Shown piece by piece: positions 56,594 through 63,221 of a DNA stretch of 63,221 nt (positions are counted from its first letter, which is position 1; each line of letters opens with the position of its first letter). A model generated the notes under the pieces. That model searched no databases. It was not told the DNA's origin and saw only the letters and a list, made by a program, of their open reading frames with translations. Location: the IMG/VR virus record IMGVR_UViG_3300022891_000003, positions 1 to 63,221 of that record; one strand, 5' to 3'. This stretch comes from a virus (Duplodnaviria; Caudoviricetes). A program made the position numbers and the translations under genes.

Positions 56594-57273
56594 TCATGGC
56601 AAAGTTCAGCGAGCACGGGGTGGCCTACCTGACCGAGCCACGCCCGGGGGTACCGCAGGCAGCGGAGCCGTTCTACTGGGACCGCCGGTTGTCAGTGGCT
56701 GCCAACGTCGGAGCCATCCAGCACTACATCAACAAATACGAGCGGATGCTGCCCAGTAGTAATCTGTTCGACGAGGCGGCCATCATGGTTCCGAACAGGG
56801 CCGTGGAAGAGCGGCTTTGCAACGAACTGACGCTGGGTGGCTGGCATGAGTTCAACAGCGCCTACGATCTGGTGCACACCAGCCCGTTCGGCACGCGGTA
56901 CATCGTGACGTACAAGTTCTACCGGCACTCCGCCGTGCCGTGGCGGCTGGAGGTCATGCGTCTGGGGCACAAGGCCACCGGTGATGGCCTGGCTGGTTTC
57001 AGCCCGTTGCATCAGGCCCTATGGACGGACGGAGACACACCGGCGTGGGAGGATTGGGCCGAGCTGCCAGTGCCGCACCTGAGCTTCAAGCCGGTGGGGC
57101 AGGATGCGGGGAGAGCTGCCCGGCGGGCGCTGGACCACATGCGTAACGAGATGGGCTTCCTGCTGGCGCAGGGCTGCCAGTCCACGTACGGCGAGTTCTG
57201 GTACCTGCTGCACCAGGACGCCCCTCGCCAGCTCTACATCAAGCCGCGCATCAACCGCAGGGACGGAGCGTGA
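56590..57273 (+). CDS. Hypothetical protein (possible VOC-like fold)
   Basis: LEV, HLSFK, YIKPRIN; sits inside the nucleotide cluster. Confidence 0.55.
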   Translation: MIMAKFSEHGVAYLTEPRPGVPQAAEPFYWDRRLSVAANVGAIQHYINKYERMLPSSNLFDEAAIMVPNRAVEERLCNELTLGGWHEFNSAYDLVHTSPFGTRYIVTYKFYRHSAVPWRLEVMRLGHKATGDGLAGFSPLHQALWTDGDTPAWEDWAELPVPHLSFKPVGQDAGRAARRALDHMRNEMGFLLAQGCQSTYGEFWYLLHQDAPRQLYIKPRINRRDGA

Positions 57274-57373
57274 CGCCGCACGAACAGTGCCCGCTCAAGG
57301 AGAAGCACGGCTATCACGAGTGGTACAAAGGACCTTTCCGACGTCAGTGCAAGGGGAGAAAGAAGGCAGCCAA

Positions 57374-58066
57374 GTGAACAAGATTCTCGTAGTGGGGGCA
57401 CGGCCCCGGTCTATCGGCAGCGCCATCGCCAAGGTTGCCGAGAGCAAAGAGTACGAAGTGGTGCTGGCCGGTATCCACAACGAAGACGTGAAGATGGATG
57501 TGGTGGCCGACGCCATCGGCAGCTTGCGGGAAAAGCTGGTGCGCATCAACCCCGACCACATCATCTGCACGGTCGGCATGAACATGCCCGAGTCCGCCAT
57601 GGCCGACGATCCGGCCGACTGGTACCGCTGGCACTTCGAGACCAACGTGACCGGTCCGATGCGGTTGTTGCAGGCGTGGACCGACGTGAACAAAGACCGC
57701 AGCATGCTCAAGCACTACGTCGCCATCAGCAGCAACAGCGCCCGAGTGCCGCGCACCGCTTCAGCCGCGTACTGCGCTAGCAAAGCGGCCCTCTCGCAGG
57801 CCCTGCGGGTGAAGGCGCGGGAGGGAGAAGGCGGCGACAAGTGGGGAGTCGTGGTCTACGGCTACGAGCCTGCGCTCATCGCCGCGACGCCCATGACCGA
57901 GGAGGCGGCCCACAAGTGGGGTGCCGACAACCTCACCCGCATGCGCGGTTCTGGGCTGGCAAGGGGCATCTGGGTCGGCTCTTTTGCCCAGTACGTAGTG
58001 CACGGCCTACATCTCGGGCCTGCCATGAACGGCATGCTGGTGCCGTTTGATGGGGATGAGCGCTGA
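57374..58066 (+). CDS. Short-chain dehydrogenase/reductase
   Basis: VVGA...IG, N..G, ISS, YCASKAAL. Confidence 0.85.
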   Translation: MNKILVVGARPRSIGSAIAKVAESKEYEVVLAGIHNEDVKMDVVADAIGSLREKLVRINPDHIICTVGMNMPESAMADDPADWYRWHFETNVTGPMRLLQAWTDVNKDRSMLKHYVAISSNSARVPRTASAAYCASKAALSQALRVKAREGEGGDKWGVVVYGYEPALIAATPMTEEAAHKWGADNLTRMRGSGLARGIWVGSFAQYVVHGLHLGPAMNGMLVPFDGDER

Positions 58067-58252
58067 ACGGCCCGTTAGGGTTGCGGTGGGCAGTTTGGTG
58101 TGGCAAGGTTTGCCCCGTGAAACTGGTACGCGACATCGCATGCTTCCTGGCTTTGCCTGCCGGTCTTGTGCTGGGGCTGGCAGGCCACATGGTGAGAGTA
58201 GCGGGGTAAGGCCCCCCGACCCGCTCTCTCCGCAGGGTTGGCCCACCCTGCG

Positions 58253-58321
58253 ACCCCTGCTAGCCGCCGCCCGTGGAGGGATGGCGTGGGATTACTGCCC
58301 GTTCGAGTCGGGCCAGGGGTA
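58253..58321 (+). ncRNA. tRNA-like RNA 5 (acceptor + T arm, single internal hairpin)
   Basis: ACCCCTG/CAGGGGT; GCCCG-TTCGAGT-CGGGC. Confidence 0.65.
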
Positions 58322-58358
58322 CGACGCCGCACAGTGCGGCGCGATTGAAAGGAACGCA

Positions 58359-58904
58359 GTGAACAACGAAGAGACCATGATCGTGATGACCAAGGACCAG
58401 CTCGCGGCGACCAAGAAGAAGGGTCGTCGCATCCTCGGCATCCCGGCCATCATCGCCGCCCCCATCGCGGCCGTTCTCGCCTTCGGCGGCGTCGCCCTCG
58501 CGGCGATCCTGTTCAGCATGACCGGCTCGGCCACGGCGCAGGCCGACAACGGCACCACCCCGACCATCTCCGGCGAGCACTTCAGCGGCAAGTTCTACCC
58601 CGGCGCGGAGCGGGACCTGATCTTCACGGTCAACAACACCAACGAGTTCCCGGTCAAGGTCACCAGCATCGCCGCGACCGGCATCTCGGACCTGACGGCG
58701 GGCTGCGAGGGCGGCGCCAAGCTGAGCGGCTTCGCCACGGCGTTCAACCAGGACAAGGCGCTGGCCGGTGGTGGCGTCACGGTTCCGGCCGGGGACTCGG
58801 CCGTCGTGACCATCCCCAAGGCGGTCAAGCTGCACCCGTCGGCGACCGCCGGGTGCGGCTTCAAGATCAACCTCAAGGTAACCGGCTCCGGCGCGGGAAA
58901 CTAA
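58359..58904 (+). CDS. Secreted pilin/fibre-like Ig-fold protein (short form)
   Basis: AAAGG RBS, GTG 58359; KKKGRR + hydrophobic + ALA signal peptide; YPG...F.V.N.N.FPV motif; two Cys. Confidence 0.75.
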   Translation: MNNEETMIVMTKDQLAATKKKGRRILGIPAIIAAPIAAVLAFGGVALAAILFSMTGSATAQADNGTTPTISGEHFSGKFYPGAERDLIFTVNNTNEFPVKVTSIAATGISDLTAGCEGGAKLSGFATAFNQDKALAGGGVTVPAGDSAVVTIPKAVKLHPSATAGCGFKINLKVTGSGAGN

Positions 58905-59011
58905 CCGGGCTCGCTCGTACCGGCGGCAACCTCTGGCCGCTTGCGGCAGCTGGAGTCGCGCTGGTACTGGCGGGTGTGCTAGTTCGAAGGGTAGGGTTTG
59001 GTCATGGGTAG
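58895..59011 (+). other. Predicted -1 frameshift site and LARTG sortase-anchor extension
   Basis: G_GGA_AAC at 58895-58901 immediately before TAA; -1 frame reads LTGLARTGGNLWPLAAAGVALVLAGVLVRRVGFGHG*. Confidence 0.75.
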
Positions 59012-59123
59012 TAAACCACCGAAGACACCACCGTCAAGGCCGATTCGCCAACCCGCCAAACCGCAGTACCCGAAACCGGCCCCCACCCCTCGGCCAGCGC
59101 CGAGGCCAGGGCCCAAGAGGTAA
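59004..59123 (+). CDS. Pro/Arg/Lys-rich peptide
   Basis: MGSKPPKTPPSRPIRQPAKPQYPKPAPTPRPAPRPGPKR, followed by a hairpin. Confidence 0.4.
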   Translation: MGSKPPKTPPSRPIRQPAKPQYPKPAPTPRPAPRPGPKR

Positions 59124-59156
59124 CACGCGGGGTCGGCCGCCACCGGCCCCGCTTAC

Positions 59157-59214
59157 GCCCCGAGCCAGCTAACACCTGGGCAGGAAACCAGCGGTTCGAA
59201 TCCGCCGAGGGGCA
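59157..59214 (+). ncRNA. tRNA-like RNA 6 (minimal)
   Basis: GCCCC/GGGGC-A-CGCA; CCAG/CTGG hairpin; GCGG-TTCGAAT-CCGC. Confidence 0.55.
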
Positions 59215-59226
59215 CGCAGTACCACG

Positions 59227-59241
59227 ACTACCCGGGAGGGT
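59227..59241 (+). promoter_or_regulatory. GGGA-loop RBS hairpin
   Basis: ACTACCC-GGGA-GGGT before ATG 59244. Confidence 0.75.
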
Positions 59242-59243
59242 GT

Positions 59244-59402
59244 ATGGCTATCTTCGATTTCGTTTTCAGGAGCGTTAGAACCGGGGACAAGAACACCGGC
59301 GGCTCGTACAACATGACCACTGGCAAGATTGTGCACCCACCCAAGGGCTCGGGCAAGAAGGCGCCGGTGGTCAAGGCCAAGATGCAGAGGCGAGAAAAGT
59401 GA
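59244..59402 (+). CDS. Small basic protein
   Basis: 52 aa behind the RBS hairpin, GTGA-coupled to the ThyX-like gene. Confidence 0.6.
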   Translation: MAIFDFVFRSVRTGDKNTGGSYNMTTGKIVHPPKGSGKKAPVVKAKMQRREK

Positions 59403-60613
59403 GCGCAGGACAGATTACCGACCACCCGTACATCGGCGAGCTGGGCCCGGGAGGCTCTTGTCAGTACGTGCACCGAGAGCGCCGGGGTGCGGGTAGCGAT
59501 CCGTGGTGGGAGGAAACCTTCTGCGGACGGCAAGCCATGGACCACTCCGAGGCGTACCAGAGCGACGAGCAGTTCGCTGCGCTCAAGAGCGATCTGGATC
59601 GGCACGAAGCAGTACGTAAGGCCACGATGAAAGGTCAGCTGGTCCGGAAGGCCGACGTGGCGCAGTACGAACGGCCGCCGATGCCGGATGCCGCTCGGCG
59701 CGGTCCGGTGGTGACCCTCATCGACGCTCCCGTGGATCCACTGGGCACGCTGGCCGTGATCGGCGGTATCTACACCGGAAACGTCTATCGGTCGAAGGCC
59801 GAGGTTACCGACGAGCAGCGCCGCGCGATGCTGGCGGAAATGCAGGCGACCGTGCTCAACGGTCCGCTAGAGTCCATCGTGTTCACCTTCCTGGTCGAGG
59901 GCGTAGGGCGGGACATCACGCACCAGATGGTGCGCGGGCGGTTCGCCTTCTACGCGCAGGAGTCGCTTCGCTTTGCGGTGGCGGAGGACTGGGCGCAGGA
60001 GGTGCCGCTGCCGCCCTCCCTGGCCTCCCTCCCGCAGGACCACCCCGCTGTCGGGGTGTGGCTCAAGGCGCTGAACGGTGCCGAGGACTCCTACGCCGCG
60101 CTCATCGGTGCGGGCATACCTGCGGAGGAGGCGCGCAAGGTGCTGCCGCACGCTATCACGACTAGGTTGCACTGGGTGGTCTCGCTGCGCACGCTGGTGC
60201 AAGAGGCGGGTAAGCGCACGTGCACGCAGGCGCAGTTCGATTGGCGGCAGATCTTCGGTGGCGTGGCCAAGGAGTTCCGGGAGCGCAGTGTGTTCTCAGG
60301 TGTGTACGACGTGCCGTTTGACGGGGCACCAGGAACAGCTCCTATGAACGACGCATGGCAGTACAAGGCGTTCGCCGACCTGATGCGGCCGGTGTGCTAC
60401 CAGACCGGGTCGTGCGGCTTCATGGCTAAGTTCGACCGGGGCTGCACCATCCGTTCGCGGGTGGACAAGCTCGAAGCTTTGGGCGTTCCGAGCAGCGAGT
60501 GGCACAACGGATGGACCCCGCCGGACAATGAGGCGGGTCCCGGTGTGGCTCCTATCTGGCCCGAAGAGTGGGCGGCGGACCCTGCGGCGGCGAGGGTCAG
60601 GGAGGAAGACTGA
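59399..60613 (+). CDS. thyX: ThyX-like FAD-dependent thymidylate synthase with N-terminal extension
   Basis: GPLE...F.F...GV.R..THQMVR.R...YAQESLR, EEAR.VLP. Confidence 0.8.
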   Translation: MSAGQITDHPYIGELGPGGSCQYVHRERRGAGSDPWWEETFCGRQAMDHSEAYQSDEQFAALKSDLDRHEAVRKATMKGQLVRKADVAQYERPPMPDAARRGPVVTLIDAPVDPLGTLAVIGGIYTGNVYRSKAEVTDEQRRAMLAEMQATVLNGPLESIVFTFLVEGVGRDITHQMVRGRFAFYAQESLRFAVAEDWAQEVPLPPSLASLPQDHPAVGVWLKALNGAEDSYAALIGAGIPAEEARKVLPHAITTRLHWVVSLRTLVQEAGKRTCTQAQFDWRQIFGGVAKEFRERSVFSGVYDVPFDGAPGTAPMNDAWQYKAFADLMRPVCYQTGSCGFMAKFDRGCTIRSRVDKLEALGVPSSEWHNGWTPPDNEAGPGVAPIWPEEWAADPAAARVREED

Positions 60614-60894
60614 TGAACGGCAACCAGCAACGCGAGGCACTGGCGAGCGGGCAGCCCGTTCTCGAAGGACCGGAACCCGTTCGTATGGTTCCTGCCAACA
60701 AGCACCAGCCCGGCGGCAAGAGGATCCCGTCCGTCATGGTGGAAATGATGACTGGCATGATCCAAAACGGCATCGAGTTTGAGGTCTCTGTCAGCTCTGA
60801 GTTCCCCAACTACGATGGTCAGTATTACGCCATGATGACCTGGGGGAGCATGCTCGGGAAAAACTTGGCCAAGTGCACGTGCGAGGGGGAGTAG
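60613..60894 (+). CDS. Hypothetical protein
   Basis: GGAGG RBS; TGATG coupling. Confidence 0.55.
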   Translation: MNGNQQREALASGQPVLEGPEPVRMVPANKHQPGGKRIPSVMVEMMTGMIQNGIEFEVSVSSEFPNYDGQYYAMMTWGSMLGKNLAKCTCEGE

Positions 60895-61157
60895 TGGCCA
60901 CCCTGCTCGGGGCCCAGAAGGCGCTGGAGTCCGGTCGGGCGATGCACCCCGGAGAGGTGGCCCTGCTGCTGCGCTTCAACCCCAAGACGGTCAGCAGGTG
61001 GTGCAAGGACCGCAAGGTCCCGGCCTTCCAGACTCCCGGTGGACACTGGCGTATTCCTGCCCAGGTGGTCCGAGACATGTTGAACGGAAAGATCGAGTGG
61101 AACCGGGAAGAGATTGACCAATGGGCCAACCAGCCCTGGCTGAGGGGGAAGCCGTGA
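60894..61157 (+). CDS. BldC/excisionase-like MerR-family HTH protein
   Basis: PGEVALLLRFNPKTVSRW...TPGGHWR. Confidence 0.8.
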   Translation: MATLLGAQKALESGRAMHPGEVALLLRFNPKTVSRWCKDRKVPAFQTPGGHWRIPAQVVRDMLNGKIEWNREEIDQWANQPWLRGKP

Positions 61158-61351
61158 TCAAGAAGCATTACACCGTCACCGTTCAGGTGAAGGAGGTCAC
61201 CCCGGGCTACATCGAGGGGACGGGATCCAACGCCGTCCGGCACGACCGAGCGGTCGAGGACGTGATCAACATCTCGGTTCGGGCGGAGGACGAGGAGGAT
61301 GCTGTGCGGCTCGCCATGCAGCAGCTCACGGCGCTCGGAGGCCGGTCGTGA
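61154..61351 (+). CDS. Hypothetical protein
   Basis: Coupled ORF. Confidence 0.55.
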   Translation: MIKKHYTVTVQVKEVTPGYIEGTGSNAVRHDRAVEDVINISVRAEDEEDAVRLAMQQLTALGGRS

Positions 61352-61653
61352 ACAAGCAGGAGGCGCTGGAGGCGCTGCTTGAGGAGTGCCGCCTATACGA
61401 GCAGCCGCATGAGGAGACCCGGTTGGTTGACCCCAGCTCGGTGCATGACTACGTGCTGGACCGCGCACGCAAGCTGGAGACCATCGTGGCCACCGGCGGG
61501 GAGCCGGACCAGCTGTACGACCGGGTGCGGGCCGTACTTATCTCGTTGGCCGGTGGGGCCTTGTACCTACTGGTGGACGAGGTGGAGGTGGTGGAGACCC
61601 GGTCGCTGGAGGATTGGCTCGCCGATGTGGACCCGCTCGGGAAGAGGGACTGA
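61348..61653 (+). CDS. Hypothetical protein
   Basis: Coupled ORF. Confidence 0.55.
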   Translation: MNKQEALEALLEECRLYEQPHEETRLVDPSSVHDYVLDRARKLETIVATGGEPDQLYDRVRAVLISLAGGALYLLVDEVEVVETRSLEDWLADVDPLGKRD

Positions 61654-61880
61654 TGCCGAAGCTCGTGCAGTACAAGGTCAAGGTAGAGACGCGCGTGGTG
61701 GTTCTGGCAGACAACGAACCGGTGGCTGAGTACATCGTGGCTGCGGACAGCGACAAGCAGTGGAGCGACCGGCCCGGCGCTATCCCGAATCTGGTCGAGG
61801 TCGCCATGACCAAGAACGTGCGGCAGACCAAGGTGATGGCGGCAGCCGTCGAGAACAACGAAAGGAGTCGATTGAAATGA
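61653..61880 (+). CDS. Hypothetical protein
   Basis: Coupled ORF. Confidence 0.5.
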   Translation: MPKLVQYKVKVETRVVVLADNEPVAEYIVAADSDKQWSDRPGAIPNLVEVAMTKNVRQTKVMAAAVENNERSRLK

Positions 61881-61975
61881 CCTGGGACCAGGTTTTCATG
61901 GCCGTGGTGCTCATCGGCTGGACGGGGTTCGTCGCCGCGTTCGTCAAGGCCGTCAAGGCGGGGGACAAGAAATGA
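61877..61975 (+). CDS. Small membrane protein
   Basis: AAGGAG RBS; single TM. Confidence 0.5.
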   Translation: MTWDQVFMAVVLIGWTGFVAAFVKAVKAGDKK

Positions 61976-62688
61976 GCGTGGGCGTGAGCGGTCGTCGGCA
62001 CGTGTTCATCGGTACCGTCGGGGAGCAGTGTGAGAACGAGGCAAGCGAGTGCGGGCTGAACTACTCGGCCTCGTTGCACTACAACGATGACGACCACCCT
62101 TACGACCCGCCTTCAGAAGCGGAGGGCTGGGCTGCCTGTCAATGGCGTATGCAGAACGTGCCCGCTGGTCTCACGGAGCTCTACTGCCTGCGCGAGGAGG
62201 CGGACGCCGTGCACCATCACGACGACGAGCCGGTGACGGAGCGTATCGAGATGCCGTCGGCTGGTCGGCCGGTCATGGACGTGCCGTACGAAGACGGTGC
62301 GATGGGGGACGCCGGTTCGTGGGCCGCCCGGATGGCGGAACGCGTCGAGGGGATCGTGAGCGGGCTGCGTGTCTCGCCGGGGGAGATAGGGATCCCCGTC
62401 GGGAAGGAAGGCTCGGCCGCCCGGGCGCGCTGGAACCTGGAGAACGCGGAGCCGGTGAAGAGTGGCCCGTGGTCGGTCCGGCAGTGGTACGCCCCGGACG
62501 GCGGGCTGCCGGAGGACTGGGAGGAACCCGGGGAGCTCATCTGCGCGCTGAACGTCCTGGGGGAACCCTTCACGGTGGAGACGTGGTGGGCGGACAGCTC
62601 GACGCGTATGGTCCGCGTGGTGTGGGGTGCGCTGTACGGCGTCGGAGATAAAATTTTCCCGATGGTGGAGTCGTGGCCGGAGGGGTAG
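61972..62688 (+). CDS. Hypothetical protein with two N-terminal H-C-C-H modules
   Basis: HVF...C...CG...H and HPY...C...C...H. Confidence 0.6.
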   Translation: MSVGVSGRRHVFIGTVGEQCENEASECGLNYSASLHYNDDDHPYDPPSEAEGWAACQWRMQNVPAGLTELYCLREEADAVHHHDDEPVTERIEMPSAGRPVMDVPYEDGAMGDAGSWAARMAERVEGIVSGLRVSPGEIGIPVGKEGSAARARWNLENAEPVKSGPWSVRQWYAPDGGLPEDWEEPGELICALNVLGEPFTVETWWADSSTRMVRVVWGALYGVGDKIFPMVESWPEG

Positions 62689-63040
62689 GGGTCGTCCGGT
62701 GGGGTGTGCGTGAGGGGTCGTCCGTCGTAGTGGTGGCGGACGGCCTCTCGGCCTTTCAGCGAGAGGCGCGGTTGCGCGCGGCGGGGGTTGCGGCGCAGGC
62801 GTGTTGGAGCGTGCGAGACGGCGGGGATGCCTGGCATTTGATCTCGTGGGAGTCGCCGTTGCGCCCCGACCCCGCTCCGCCCGCAGGACCGACGCAGCGG
62901 CCTCAGATACCGCTTGGCCCTAGTGGTTTCGGGGAGTCGGTGAGTAGATGGCTTGGCGTGGCGTACGGGGCCGATAGCGTCGGTGTTGGTGGCGGGTGGC
63001 GAAGGTGGCTGCGTCGTAGTAACGGGCAAAAGGGGCGATA

Positions 63041-63221
63041 GTGGGCGGCGCGTTGGTAGTCGTGTGGGCCGACCCGGGGGTCACGACCGGGTGGTCGGTG
63101 CATCGAGTGGTCATCTCGGACCTGCTCGTGCACGGGCAGGTGGGAGTGATCTCGCGGATGTGGTATCGAGTGGGGCAGTTTCGTTCGCCGTCTACTAGTG
63201 CGGCCGTGGACTCGTATCTGG
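63041..63221 (+). CDS. RuvC-like Holliday junction resolvase, N-terminal part (continues across the junction to 473)
   Basis: GTG at 63041 gives MGGALVVVWADPGVTTGWSVHRVV; DPGxTTGW is the RuvC/RNase H-fold first strand. Confidence 0.75.
   Translation, partial: MGGALVVVWADPGVTTGWSVHRVVISDLLVHGQVGVISRMWYRVGQFRSPSTSAAVDSYL
63087..63221. repeat. Terminal direct repeat, right copy
   Basis: Same 135 nt as 1-135 with one mismatch. Confidence 0.95.

Noticed and set aside
2246-62886. Pyrimidine tract + CAG|G read as eukaryotic 3' splice sites
   Set aside because: Clearly a bacteriophage genome with uninterrupted ORFs and SD sequences; the resemblance is superficial
62673-63041. 122-aa ORF before the resolvase
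   Set aside because: Atypical composition and weak start support; may be real but cannot be supported

Overview
The window appears to be a complete, circularly permuted ~63.1 kb GC-rich siphovirus genome infecting an actinomycete. Positions 1-135 repeat at 63087-63221 with one mismatch. Essentially all real genes are on the + strand, and I see no integrase or repressor cassette, so it is probably virulent. Gene order is: RuvC-like resolvase (across the junction); packaging/head genes (terminases, JAB peptidase, portal, MuF-like protein, a large ADP-ribosyltransferase, fibre-like genes, scaffold, capsid); tail; lysis; an early/accessory region with repeated promoters; replication (SNF2 helicase, Cas4-like nuclease, AAA ATPase, SSB-like protein, TOPRIM-MCM primase-helicase, DnaE); and a nucleotide-metabolism cluster. 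The most striking observations are: (1) a secreted pilin/fibre-like gene whose stop codon directly follows a G_GGA_AAC slippery heptamer, where the -1 frame encodes a complete LARTG sortase cell-wall anchor; (2) six tRNA-like RNAs that keep the acceptor and T arms but have non-canonical D/anticodon arms; (3) ten covarying GGGA-loop hairpins over ribosome-binding sites; (4) a dispersed pyrimidine-tract-CGCAG motif recurring every few kb; (5) twin GTCGCGAC-centred palindromes, each upstream of an RHH-like gene. All product calls come from recalled motifs and synteny, not database searches.
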